Assembly: GCA_038040325.1 (NCBI GenBank)
Contig: JBBPIM010000004.1
Location: 29,325-93,324, forward strand
Reading direction: 5' to 3'
Source: Candidatus Mayfieldus profundus
Lineage (GTDB): Bacteria > Actinomycetota > Thermoleophilia > Solirubrobacterales > 70-9
DNA: 64,000 nt
The notes beneath the pieces are model-generated. The model did not search any database, was not told the DNA's origin, and saw only the letters and a program-made list of their open reading frames with translations. Below are positions 27,028 to 36,576 of this stretch, piece after piece; the first letter of the stretch is position 1; the number at the start of each line of letters is the position of its first letter. The translations under genes were made by a program, and so were the position numbers.

Positions 27028-27817
27028 CTTCGCCTCGCAGCTTTCGGATCACGCAGACGACCCAGCCAGCCCCTTCGTCTTTGTCGTTGGACTCCAACCT
27101 GCAGTGGGTCTCAGCCCGGCCGGCAAGCGTCTCGGTCAAGTCGGACTCGTATCCCGGTCGCCAGATCACGAACCGGCCGTCTCGCTCGTCGAAGTTCCAC
27201 TGGTGGAGCTGGACGTAGGCCTGGTTGACCGCCTCGTTGCGCACATGCCGCAGGACCACATACCCCTCCGGACGCACGACGCCGAGCATGTTTTCGATGA
27301 TCAGCACCGGATCAACGGCGTGATCGAGCGCATTTCGCGAGTAGGCGATGTCGAATCGGTCGGGCCCGAAGCGCTGCAACAGCCGCTCTCCCTCCGCCCG
27401 CTCTGTGCGGGCCGGGGGGTCGATGCCTCGTTTAGCCAGCAGGCGTCCGTACTGATCGGCCAGAGGATCCACCGGGGTCAGAGACAGCGTCTTGCCAGGG
27501 AACCGGTAGCCCACCCCTGACACCGGGCCCGCGCCGACGTCAAGGATCGAGACCTGCTTCTGCGCAAGGCTCGCCAGGACCTCGCAAAGGGCCGGGTCGG
27601 CAACCTCCGCGTTCGGGTCGAGGCGATAGCTGTAGTCGTTCGCCCACTTGCCACCCTGGTTCGACAGCCAATCCCGCCAGTAATCGACCTCTTCTCGTAG
27701 CGCACGCCTGCGGGCGCGGACTGGGTCGCTACGGGTCCGCCATCCCTGCTCACCCCGACGACCGAAGCCGCGAGCAAGGCGGCCGGCGATCGCACGAAAA
27801 TCCCGCATTCGACCCAC
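27008..27817 (-). CDS. class I SAM-dependent methyltransferase
   Basis: 269 aa with motif I 'ILDVGAGPVSGVG' and later 'FDIAYSRNALDH' and 'RPEGYVVLRH'. Its 3' end overlaps the upstream convergent gene by 20 bp. Confidence 0.7.
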   Translation of the reverse strand: MGRMRDFRAIAGRLARGFGRRGEQGWRTRSDPVRARRRALREEVDYWRDWLSNQGGKWANDYSYRLDPNAEVADPALCEVLASLAQKQVSILDVGAGPVSGVGYRFPGKTLSLTPVDPLADQYGRLLAKRGIDPPARTERAEGERLLQRFGPDRFDIAYSRNALDHAVDPVLIIENMLGVVRPEGYVVLRHVRNEAVNQAYVQLHQWNFDERDGRFVIWRPGYESDLTETLAGRAETHCRLESNDKDEGAGWVVCVIRKLRGEATLGAP

Positions 27818-27838
27818 CCTAGCCTTAACATCGCCGGC

Positions 27839-29716
27839 GTGACCGCGCTGATCGCCAGGGAGGTGGCCAGGGATACGGTCGCCTTGGAGGCAGACCGGTC
27901 GGCGCCCGGCTCGCGGATCGGCCAGGTTCCGCTGATCGCGTTTCTCGCGGGGATCGGCCTGCTGGTCTGCTCGGTTGCCGACGCCTTGGCGCGCGCCACG
28001 CTGGCGCCGTCACCGCTGATCTATTGGGCCGGCATTCTCATCATCGGCCTGCCGATCTTCTATCGGCTCCTCTCCAGGGAGGCATCCCCCGGTGAACGGC
28101 TCGCGCTCGTCTGCGTTCTCGCTATGGCCCTTTATGGGGTCAAGCTGGCGCAGGAGCCATTCCTGTTCACGTTCCCGGACGAGTTCACCCACAGCTACAA
28201 CGCCAACCAGATCGAGCTGCATCACCATCTCTTCCATCCCAATTCGCTGCTGGTGGTGAGCCCGTACTACCCAGGGCTCGAAGGAGCAACCTCGGCGTTG
28301 ATGATGTTGACAGGGATGTCCAGCTACGTTGCGGGAATCATCGTCGTCGGGGCCGCTCGGCTGACCCTCGTGATCGCGCTGTTCCTGCTGTTTGGGCGTA
28401 TCAGCGGCTCCGCCCGTATTGCGGGGATCGGCGTCGCGATATATGCCGGAAACCCCAATTTCATGTTCTTCGGCGCCCAGTACTCCTACGGTTCCCTTGC
28501 CCTTCCGCTGCTCGTGGTCCTCCTGATGGCCCTCGCCGAACGCGATGCCTTCCCTCGATCGTGGTCCTGGGCCTGGTCGGTGCCGATCGTGCTCGGAACG
28601 GCGGCCCTCGTGGTGACCCACCACCTGACCTCCTACGCACTAACAGGGATCTTGCTCACCCTGGCGCTCGCGCACGTGCTTGTCCACCGACGGGTGGAAT
28701 GGCGAAATCCATTGCCGTTCGCAATCCTGGCCGGAGGGTTGAGCGCGATCTGGCTCCTCGTGGTTGCCAGCGCAACCCTGAGCTACCTCGAGGCGCCGTT
28801 GGCAAGGGCGATCAGGGAGACCTGGAACACGATCACAGGTGATACAGGCACACGCGATTTGTTCCAGTCCGGGGGCTCCAGCTCCGGTACGAGGGTCCCG
28901 GTTTCCACCCCCGTGGTGGCCCAAATCTTCGCGTTTGCCTCCGTGGTCATCCTGCTCATCGGCCTTCCCCTCGGCCTCTGGCAGGTGTGGCGACGTCATC
29001 GAACCAAGGCTTTTGCCCTGATGTTCTCGCTGGCGGCCATCGGGTTCTTCGGCGTGCTCGGACTCCGGTTCGCCCCGGCTGCGTGGGAGGCCGGCAACCG
29101 CGCGGCCGAATACCTGTTCCTCGGGCTCGCGTTCGTAGTCGCGCTGGCGATCGTATCCGTGTATTCACTCCTGGAGGGCCGGAGGGTCCGGCTCGGCCGC
29201 GGGCTGCTCACGGCGTGCCTAGGGGTCTTGCTGACGGGGGGAGCGATCAGCGGCTGGCCCTGGGATCAGCATCTCGCTCAGCCGATCACCGCCACCTCAG
29301 ATGGGCGCCGCTTCGAGTCCGAGCCGCTCGGAATGGCTCGTTGGGCGCGAGGCCACTTCCCCGGTCAGAAGTTCGCGGCTACCGAGATCGACGCTCGTCT
29401 TCTCATCGATCCCGGGGGAGCCAGGGTGTATTCCGGGTATACCCTCGAAGTCCAGGACATCCTGGACGCGACCAAGCTCGAGCCGTGGCACACGGCGGAC
29501 CTACGGCGCAACAAGACCCGCTACGTGGTCGCCGATCGCCGGCGGACAAGCAGGGATCTCATCAGGGGTTACTTCCTCTCGCTGCTGCCGCCGGCAGGAA
29601 AGCGGTACCGCCCGCTGCCGAGGGGAACGACGGCCAAGTTCGAGCAGATCCCCACTGCGGCCCGCATGTTCGACAGCGGCAACATCGTCGTCTTCGACAT
29701 CGAGGCCGGCCGATGA
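27839..29716 (+). CDS. large polytopic membrane protein, GT-C-like / candidate glycan polymerase or transferase (uncharacterised)
   Basis: 625 aa with a GTG start and at least 10 hydrophobic helices. An early loop reads 'FTFPDEFTHSYNANQI' (acidic DE motif), and a soluble C-terminal domain of about 170 aa follows. The family is not identified. Confidence 0.55.
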   Translation: MTALIAREVARDTVALEADRSAPGSRIGQVPLIAFLAGIGLLVCSVADALARATLAPSPLIYWAGILIIGLPIFYRLLSREASPGERLALVCVLAMALYGVKLAQEPFLFTFPDEFTHSYNANQIELHHHLFHPNSLLVVSPYYPGLEGATSALMMLTGMSSYVAGIIVVGAARLTLVIALFLLFGRISGSARIAGIGVAIYAGNPNFMFFGAQYSYGSLALPLLVVLLMALAERDAFPRSWSWAWSVPIVLGTAALVVTHHLTSYALTGILLTLALAHVLVHRRVEWRNPLPFAILAGGLSAIWLLVVASATLSYLEAPLARAIRETWNTITGDTGTRDLFQSGGSSSGTRVPVSTPVVAQIFAFASVVILLIGLPLGLWQVWRRHRTKAFALMFSLAAIGFFGVLGLRFAPAAWEAGNRAAEYLFLGLAFVVALAIVSVYSLLEGRRVRLGRGLLTACLGVLLTGGAISGWPWDQHLAQPITATSDGRRFESEPLGMARWARGHFPGQKFAATEIDARLLIDPGGARVYSGYTLEVQDILDATKLEPWHTADLRRNKTRYVVADRRRTSRDLIRGYFLSLLPPAGKRYRPLPRGTTAKFEQIPTAARMFDSGNIVVFDIEAGR

Positions 29717-30498
29717 GGGGTCACCAGGATCTCGCTGTGGCGGCGGCGGCGGCCGTCACCTGCGCGCTGTTTGCGCTCTTGGTCCCGTTCGAGTTGGTCC
29801 GGTTGGCCGTCGCAGTGCCTCTGGCCCTTCTCTTGCCTGGGTATGCCATCTCCGCTGCCGCGTTCGGGCCACGGCCACCCGGGCCGGTGCGGCTGCTGGC
29901 GCTGAGCCTCGGTTTGAGCCTGATAACGCTTGTGCTCGGCACCCTGGTGTTGAACTACGCGCCCGGGGGTTTGCGCGCCGGAAGCTGGGCAGCGCTGCTC
30001 GTCCTGGTCGTGCTCGTCGGCTGCGTGGTGGCGGCGGTGCGGCGGGGAGAGGCCCCGAGTGGTCGATTCCGTTGGCCGCGGCCCCGGCTAACTCGCTCGG
30101 AGGGGGGGCTGCTGCTGGGAGCAGCACTCGCCTTCGCCGCGGCCGGGGTGATCTCCTCGACGGCGCTGCCAGCAAAGAATGCGGAGGGGTACACACGACT
30201 CTGGATGTTGCCGGCCAGCGGTGCCGAGGCGTCAGGCGTACGCGTCGGTGTCATCAACCAGGAGCACGACACCGTGGCTTATAGGCTCGAGGTGCAGCTG
30301 GGCCACCGCCGCAATCCCGTTGTGAGGCGTTTTTTCCTACAGCCCGGCCAGAAGCGAAGGGTGCAGATACCGGTCGGGGGCCTACCCACGCCGGCCAAGC
30401 CCGTCCCCGTCACGGCGTTGCTCTTCCGGCGCGCCGATCCCGATACGGCATACCGGCGGGTGACGGGCTGGACTCGGGGAGCCCGCGCGACCCCATGA
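29713..30498 (+). CDS. DUF1616-like membrane protein
   Basis: From the ATG at 29713 (ATGA overlap with the upstream stop), 261 aa. The N-terminal helices carry 'PLALLLPGYAISAAAF' and 'ALSLGLSLITLVLGTLVLNY'. The C-terminal beta-rich 'YTRLWMLP...VRVGVINQEHDTVAYRLEVQL' matches my recollection of the mainly archaeal DUF1616 family. Confidence 0.5.
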   Translation: MRGHQDLAVAAAAAVTCALFALLVPFELVRLAVAVPLALLLPGYAISAAAFGPRPPGPVRLLALSLGLSLITLVLGTLVLNYAPGGLRAGSWAALLVLVVLVGCVVAAVRRGEAPSGRFRWPRPRLTRSEGGLLLGAALAFAAAGVISSTALPAKNAEGYTRLWMLPASGAEASGVRVGVINQEHDTVAYRLEVQLGHRRNPVVRRFFLQPGQKRRVQIPVGGLPTPAKPVPVTALLFRRADPDTAYRRVTGWTRGARATP

Positions 30499-31601
30499 GC
30501 CCGCGGCGCGGTTCCGACCTTGCGGTTGACATCGTGATCAGCAACTACAACTACGGGTCCTTTTTGATCGATGCCGTCGAGAGCGCCTGCCGGCAGACCT
30601 ACCCCAACGTCAACGTGGTCGTCGTCGACGACGGCTCGACCGACGATTCGCGCGAAAGGTTGCGCGACTACGAGGACCGGGTTGAGATCGTGTCGAAGGA
30701 GAACGGAGGGCAAGCCTCCGCGCTCAACGCCGGGCTAGCGCGATGTCACGGCGATCTGGTGATGTTCCTCGATGCCGACGACGTGCTGCGTCCGTGGGCC
30801 GCGGGACGTGTCGCCGAAGAGTTCTCGACCGACCCCAACCTGGCGAGGGTTCAGTTCCGAATGGCCTTCGTCGACGCGACGGGGCATCCAACGGGGCAGA
30901 CCGAACCGAGCGAGCATCAACGCGCGCCGACCGGCGATCTGCGCCATGCCGAGTTGGCCTTTCCCTTCGACCTCCCCTGGATCGCGGGGGGAGGCACCGC
31001 GTTTCGCACCGAGCCTCTGCGAACGATCTTCCCAATCCCCGAGCGAGACTATCCCCGCTGCGGAGCCGATTGGTACGTTGTTCACTTGATGGCACTGCTC
31101 GGCGAGGCGGGATATGTCGACGAGGTGTGCGCCGATTACCGCCTTCACGGGCGCAACGGGTACGCGCGGCAGGACCAACAGCTCGACCTCCAGCAGGTCC
31201 GCCACAGCATCGCCTACTCAGCCCCTACGAAGGCAGCGCTGGCACGGCTTGCGGATCAGGTCGGTCTCGAGCGTCCCGAGCGAATACTCTCGATGTCGGA
31301 CCTCGCAAATCGCCTAATTTCGCTCAGGCTCGAGCCTCAAACCCATCCGATCCGCGACGACAACGTCTTCGGCCTGCTCGCCGATTCGGTGCGCGCTGCC
31401 CGGCGCCGTTTCGACGTCTCCTGGCCAATGAAGGTGGTGTTCGTGGGCTGGTTCGTGGCAGTGGCGGTCTCCCCGCGCCCGCTCGTCCGCCGGCTCGGCG
31501 AGCTGCTCTGGTTCCCCACCGCGCGGCGCGGATGGATCAACCGGCTGCTGGGGCGGCTTCGCCGCGAGAGCGTCGGCAGAGCCCCGGCAAGGAGTGCTTG
31601 A
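30495..31601 (+). CDS. glycosyltransferase family 2
   Basis: 368 aa with 'DIVISNYNYGSFLIDAVESACRQTYPNVNVVVVDDGSTDDS', 'GGQASALNAG' and 'FLDADD'. ATGA overlap with the upstream gene. Confidence 0.8.
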   Translation: MSPRRGSDLAVDIVISNYNYGSFLIDAVESACRQTYPNVNVVVVDDGSTDDSRERLRDYEDRVEIVSKENGGQASALNAGLARCHGDLVMFLDADDVLRPWAAGRVAEEFSTDPNLARVQFRMAFVDATGHPTGQTEPSEHQRAPTGDLRHAELAFPFDLPWIAGGGTAFRTEPLRTIFPIPERDYPRCGADWYVVHLMALLGEAGYVDEVCADYRLHGRNGYARQDQQLDLQQVRHSIAYSAPTKAALARLADQVGLERPERILSMSDLANRLISLRLEPQTHPIRDDNVFGLLADSVRAARRRFDVSWPMKVVFVGWFVAVAVSPRPLVRRLGELLWFPTARRGWINRLLGRLRRESVGRAPARSA

Positions 31602-32896
31602 CCTTGCGCCTACTGCTTGCCACCGATCACTATCCCCCCTTCATCGGCGGCGGACACAGGCAGTCGCTGCTGGTCGCGAGGGGCATGGCGAGCCGCGGTC
31701 ATGAAGTGGCTGTGGTCGCGCCTTGGAGCCGCGGCCTTCCGATGGTGGAGGTCGAAGACCGGGTCACAGTGCACCGCGTGCGCCAGATTCGGACCCTTCC
31801 AGGGCTCGCCCGCGATCGCCGCCAGCACTACCCGCCACCATTCCCCGACCCTGTCACGATCAGGAGCCTGCGCCGCGTGATCGCAAAGGTGCAGCCCGAC
31901 ATAATCGACAGCCACGGCTGGATCGGCTACTCGGTGGCGGCAGCGCTTGTCGGCAAGCGAATTCCGCTCGTGCTCACCGCGCGGGACTACGGCTACTTCT
32001 GCGCGACGCGGTCGCTGCTGCATAAGGGAAGCCTCTGCAGCGGTCCGGCACCAGTCAAGTGTCTTAATTGCGCCGGCGGCTGGTACGGCCGGCCGAAGGG
32101 CTGGCTCGCGGCGCTGGGGGTATGGCTCGGCCGGCCTCTGCTGGCCCGCAAGATGGCCGGACTTCATGGCGTCAGCTCCTTCGTGACCGACGTCAACGGC
32201 CGCCACCTGAAGAGCGCGACCCCCCGGGGGCACGACTTCATCGAGCTCGCGCGTCCGGACATCCTCGCCGAAAGCGCCTCCGAGTCCCAGAACAACCTTG
32301 CCCCTTCGGGCATCAGCGACGGCGACTCGGACGTTTCCTCCTATCTGGAGCGCTTGCCCGAAGAGCCATTCGTCATGTTTGTCGGCGCCTTCCGCAAGGT
32401 CAAGGGGGTGGAAACCCTGTTCGACGCGTACCGCCTCCTCCCCTCACCCCCGCCGCTCGTGATGATGGGGACGGTTGAGAGCGATACGCCAAGTGAGTTT
32501 CCGCCGCGGACGACGGTGTTGACCGACGTTCCCAATGCTGCTGTCATTGCCGCTTGGGGTCGTGCGATGTTCGGCGTCATGCCCTCGCTCTGGCCGGAGC
32601 CGCGCGGAGGCACCGTGGCGGAGGCGATGCTCTGCGGGAAGCCGGTCATCGCAACGCTAAGCGGCGGATCTGTCGACATGGTGGACGAGTCCACGGGCAT
32701 TCTCGTGCCGCCGGGGGACGCCGCTGCGCTCGCAAAGGCGATGTTGGAGCTGATCGGAGACCCCGCGCGACGGGAAGCGTGCGGCCGAGCTGCCGCGGAG
32801 CGTGCCAGGGAATGGACATCTCGCTCCCTGCTGCCCACCTACGAGCAGGCGTACCGGGATGTGATCTCAGCCGCGGAGGGCGAATCGGCTGGTTGA
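31598..32896 (+). CDS. glycosyltransferase family 4 (GT-B)
   Basis: 'LRLLLATDHYPPFIGGGHRQSLLVARGMASRGHEVAVV' is a GT4 N-terminus, and 'E..GGTVAEAMLCGKPVIAT..GG..DMV' is the EX7E region. There is no ATG, so I place the start at TTG 31598 or 31604. Confidence 0.72.
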   Translation: MTLRLLLATDHYPPFIGGGHRQSLLVARGMASRGHEVAVVAPWSRGLPMVEVEDRVTVHRVRQIRTLPGLARDRRQHYPPPFPDPVTIRSLRRVIAKVQPDIIDSHGWIGYSVAAALVGKRIPLVLTARDYGYFCATRSLLHKGSLCSGPAPVKCLNCAGGWYGRPKGWLAALGVWLGRPLLARKMAGLHGVSSFVTDVNGRHLKSATPRGHDFIELARPDILAESASESQNNLAPSGISDGDSDVSSYLERLPEEPFVMFVGAFRKVKGVETLFDAYRLLPSPPPLVMMGTVESDTPSEFPPRTTVLTDVPNAAVIAAWGRAMFGVMPSLWPEPRGGTVAEAMLCGKPVIATLSGGSVDMVDESTGILVPPGDAAALAKAMLELIGDPARREACGRAAAERAREWTSRSLLPTYEQAYRDVISAAEGESAG

Positions 32897-33220
32897 GAGC
32901 AAGCGACCCCGGCTGGGTCAGCGGGGGACGAGCACAAACTGCCAGGCTCATGGCAGGCCGCCCATCGCGGCGTCGCGACGGAGGTGCCGCGGGGTGACCC
33001 TGAAGAAATCATGCTCCCAGTCGACCGGGGCAATTTCCAGTACGCCTTCTGAGCGCGTAGGGGCAGCCACCCCATAAAGGGGAAGCCGGCTGGGACCACA
33101 GGAAGCCCGAGCCGCGTGGCTCGCTCATCGCAGGACCGCAGCTTGGGTGGTGTGTTCCGAGATGTCATCGCGGACGACGATACCTCTAGTCGACCACCAT
33201 GCCAGGCAGAATTGGTCCGC

Positions 33221-34453
33221 ATGAGGATCCTGCTCGTTGCGCCGATGGTGCCGCAGGAAGATGGTGCCGGGGCGATACCGGTCCTGCTCTACGCCGAGCT
33301 GGTCGGTCTGCGCGAACGGCACGACGTGTCCCTCGTGACCGCGGTCGGCGACGAGCCGGGGGAAGAACAGGCGGTCGCCCGGCTCGCGCGCGAGGGCGTG
33401 GATGTCCACCTAGCCGATCGGCGGCAACCGCCGCCAGGGCTTCGCCGCTGGCGGCGCCGCTGGCAGCTGGCGGCGGCCTGGATGCGCCGAGGATGGCCGT
33501 GGCGCACCGTCTGGTTCGCAGCACCGGCAGTCCAGGCGGTCCTGGACCGGCTCGCGGCCACACGGACGTTCGACGTGGTGGCGGTCGAGGATGACGCGAT
33601 GTCCGTGTTCCGCCTACCCGCCGGGGTGCCCGCCGTCCTCACAGAGCACGAGGTGCTGCGGCCCCGGGCGATCGACTGGCGGCCGGGTACCCCGCCCGGG
33701 TGGCCTCGCTGGGCGCTGCGCGAGCTTGACTGGCGGCGCTGGGAAAACTTCCAGCGAGCGGCGTGGAGCCGTTTTGACCGCGTGCAGGTGTTCAGCCAGC
33801 GCGACGCCGAGGCGATCGCGGAGTTGGCGCCGGATGTCGGGTCGCGTGTGCGCGTGAACCCGTTCGGCCTCGTGCTCCCTCCCGCCGCCGATCCCGACCG
33901 AGAGGTGCCGGGCAGCCTGCTTTTCGTGGGCAACTTCACCCACCCTCCCAACTGCGACGCGGCCGTGTGGCTGGCGCGCGAGATCATGCCCGGCGTGAAG
34001 GCCCGGCATGCAGCGGCACGCCTGCGCATAGTCGGAACAGCCCCGCCGCGCGAGGTGCGGGAGCTCGCCGGCTCGGACGTCGAGGTGATCGCGGATGTCC
34101 CGAGCGTCCGGCCCCACCTCGAAGCTGCATGCGTCGTCCTCGCGCCCGTGCGCAGCGGCGGCGGGATGCGGATGAAGGTTCTGCACGCAATCGCGAGCGG
34201 CAAGGCGGTGGTCACGACGACGCGGGGCGCGGAGGGATACGGGGACGACCCGCCCTTCGCCGTCGCCGACGACACCGAGGGCATCGCCGAGCGTGCGGCA
34301 CGGCTGCTGGGGGACGAGCGCGCGCGCCGCGAGCTCGGAGAGCGGGCGCGAGCCTTCGCTGAGAAGCACCACAGCCCGGCGGCCTGGGCCGCGCGGCTCG
34401 AGGCCATCTACGAGGAGGCTCACAGTGAGCAGTCGGAGGTGGCGCATGGCTGA
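33221..34453 (+). CDS. glycosyltransferase family 4 (GT-B)
   Basis: From the ATG at 33221: 'MRILLVAPMVPQEDGAGAIPVLLYAELVGL'. The C-terminal 'GGGMRMKVLHAIASGKAVVTTTRGAEG' is the nucleotide-sugar binding region. Confidence 0.78.
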   Translation: MRILLVAPMVPQEDGAGAIPVLLYAELVGLRERHDVSLVTAVGDEPGEEQAVARLAREGVDVHLADRRQPPPGLRRWRRRWQLAAAWMRRGWPWRTVWFAAPAVQAVLDRLAATRTFDVVAVEDDAMSVFRLPAGVPAVLTEHEVLRPRAIDWRPGTPPGWPRWALRELDWRRWENFQRAAWSRFDRVQVFSQRDAEAIAELAPDVGSRVRVNPFGLVLPPAADPDREVPGSLLFVGNFTHPPNCDAAVWLAREIMPGVKARHAAARLRIVGTAPPREVRELAGSDVEVIADVPSVRPHLEAACVVLAPVRSGGGMRMKVLHAIASGKAVVTTTRGAEGYGDDPPFAVADDTEGIAERAARLLGDERARRELGERARAFAEKHHSPAAWAARLEAIYEEAHSEQSEVAHG

Positions 34454-35474
34454 CGCCCCCCGGATGAGCGTGATCATCCCCACCTACCAGCGCCGCGCTG
34501 CGCTGCGCCGGGCGCTGCTGTCGCTCTCCCGGCAGACCGTGGCCGCCGATTCCTACGAGGTGATCGTGTCGGTCGACGGCTCGACGGACGGCACGTCGGA
34601 GATGCTGGCCGACTTCGACGCGCCCTACGCCCTGCGCACGATCGCCGGAGCAAAACGCGGTCGGGCGGCCGCCTGCAACGCGGCAATCGCGCTCGCCCAC
34701 GGGGAGGTCCTGATCGTGCTCGACGACGACATGCAGGTGGTGCCCGATTTCGTCGAGCGCCATCGCCGCCACCATCCGCGCGGATCGCGGTTGTGCGTGC
34801 TCGGCGCTGTCCCCGTTGAGCTGAACGGCTCGAGCCCGCGCGCGGCGCGCTACGTGCAGGCGAAGTTCGACACCCACCTGGCGAGGCTCGCGCAGCCGGA
34901 TCATCTGAACCTGCCGCGCTCCTTCTACACCGGCAATGCGTCGCTGGGCGCCGACCTGCTGCGCGAGATCGGCGGGTTCGATGAGTCGTTCACCTCCTAC
35001 GGCAACGAGGACGTGGAGCTGGCGCTGCGGCTGCGCGCCGCGGGGGTAACGCTGCGGTACGACCCCGAGGCGCTTGCTCGCCAGGAGTACGGCAAGGACC
35101 TGCGTGGGCTCGCGCGCGACACACTCGCAAAAGGAGGTACCACCGTGCTGCTGGCGCGGGCGCATCCCGAGGTCTTCGGAGCCCTGCGGCTCGCTGCACC
35201 ACGCGACAATTCACGCCCGTGGCTTGCGGCGCGCGCGATACTCCTCTGGCTCACCCGCCGCTGGGGTGGCGTGGCCGCTGCAGTCTTTGCGCTGGCGGCG
35301 CTGGCCGAGGGCCTCGGGCTCTGGCGCCAGCCGCTCTTCTACCGGGCTGTACTCGACTACGCCTTCTGGGCGGGCGTGGACAACGAAATCCGCGACTCCA
35401 CCGACGAGGGCGAGCTCGCCCGGCTCGCCGCAGAGCTGCACCGTGGCCCAATCGATCTTCTTCTACACGGATAG
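34446..35474 (+). CDS. glycosyltransferase family 2
   Basis: 'MSVIIPTYQRRAALRRALLSLSRQT...YEVIVSVDGSTDGT', 'GRAAACNAA', 'LDDDM' and 'GNEDVELALRL'. The start overlaps the upstream stop. Confidence 0.8.
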   Translation: MADAPRMSVIIPTYQRRAALRRALLSLSRQTVAADSYEVIVSVDGSTDGTSEMLADFDAPYALRTIAGAKRGRAAACNAAIALAHGEVLIVLDDDMQVVPDFVERHRRHHPRGSRLCVLGAVPVELNGSSPRAARYVQAKFDTHLARLAQPDHLNLPRSFYTGNASLGADLLREIGGFDESFTSYGNEDVELALRLRAAGVTLRYDPEALARQEYGKDLRGLARDTLAKGGTTVLLARAHPEVFGALRLAAPRDNSRPWLAARAILLWLTRRWGGVAAAVFALAALAEGLGLWRQPLFYRAVLDYAFWAGVDNEIRDSTDEGELARLAAELHRGPIDLLLHG

Positions 35475-36576
35475 CCGGGGGCTCGGCGGCGCGGAGCATG
35501 CGCTGCTGATGCTGATCGAGGCGCTCGACCCGGCGGCCTGGCGGCCGACCCTGCTGCTCGACGGGGCGACGGGCACCGAGCCGATCGCCGAGCGGGCGGG
35601 CGCGCTCGACGTTCCCGTGCGATTGGTTCCCCCGATGCCGCTCGGCCTCACCGGAGCCCGCCGGGTGCCGGGCCTCGTGCGACTGCTGCGGGCGGAGCGG
35701 CCCGCCGTCTTCCACGCACACCTGAGCTGGCCCCTCGCGGCGAAGTACGGGCTGGCTGCGGCAGTCGTCGCGCGCGTGCCGGCGGTCGTGGCGACCGTGC
35801 AGCTGATCCCGAAGTTCGAGCTCGATCGCTCCAGCCTCTTGCAGCTTCGGGCGCTGTCGGCCGGGGTTGGGCGCTATATCGCCGTCTCGCGCGACATCGC
35901 GATGGAGCTCGTCGAGCGCTTTCGCTGGCCCGCCGACAAAATCGAAGTGGTCTACAACGCGGTGCAAGTCGAGCGCTTCGACACCCCCGAGTCGCCTGCA
36001 CTGCGCACGGAGCTGACCGGCGGGCGGGACCGCCCGGTCGTGCTCACCTGCGCCCGGCTCGACGAGCAGAAGGGACACTCCGTATTGCTCCGCGCGGCGA
36101 CCGAGGAACCGGACGCGGTGTTCGCACTCGCCGGAGAGGGCCCGGAGCGGGCGCCGTTGGAAGCGCAGGCCGCCGAGCTCGGGGTCGCCGACCGCGTTCT
36201 CTTCCTCGGCCAGCGCACCGACATCCCCGAGCTGCTGGCCGCCAGCGACGTGTTCGCCCTGCCGTCCCTCTACGAGGGCTCCTCGCTGGCCGTGCTGGAG
36301 GCGATGGCGGCACGGCGCGCGGTGGTGAGCTCGGCGATTGGCGGCACCGACGAGCTGATCGACGACGGCGAGAGCGGCCTGCTCGTCCCGCCCGGCGACG
36401 CCGGAGCGCTGGCCGCCGCATTGCGACGCCTGCTCTCCGACAGTGCCCTGCGCGCTTCGCTGGCCCGCCGCGCCCACGAGCGGGTCGAGCGCGACTTCAC
36501 GCGCGACGCGATGGCGCGCCGCGTTGAGCGCATCTACGAGGAGCTCCTGGCCGATGGCCCGCATGGCCGCGCCTGA
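35443..36576 (+). CDS. glycosyltransferase family 4 (GT-B)
   Basis: GTG start 'VAQSIFFYTDSRGLGGAEHALLMLIEAL'. 'LPSLYEGSSLAVLEAMAARRAVVSSAIGGTDELI' is the EX7E motif. Overlaps the upstream gene by 32 nt. Confidence 0.8.
   Translation: MAQSIFFYTDSRGLGGAEHALLMLIEALDPAAWRPTLLLDGATGTEPIAERAGALDVPVRLVPPMPLGLTGARRVPGLVRLLRAERPAVFHAHLSWPLAAKYGLAAAVVARVPAVVATVQLIPKFELDRSSLLQLRALSAGVGRYIAVSRDIAMELVERFRWPADKIEVVYNAVQVERFDTPESPALRTELTGGRDRPVVLTCARLDEQKGHSVLLRAATEEPDAVFALAGEGPERAPLEAQAAELGVADRVLFLGQRTDIPELLAASDVFALPSLYEGSSLAVLEAMAARRAVVSSAIGGTDELIDDGESGLLVPPGDAGALAAALRRLLSDSALRASLARRAHERVERDFTRDAMARRVERIYEELLADGPHGRA

Noticed and set aside
32839-33222. 127-aa minus-strand ORF in the 325-bp gap between the two GT4 genes
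   Set aside because: The translation is not protein-like, and it overlaps the ends of both flanking genes. The region is better explained as an intergenic/promoter spacer with locally lower GC.
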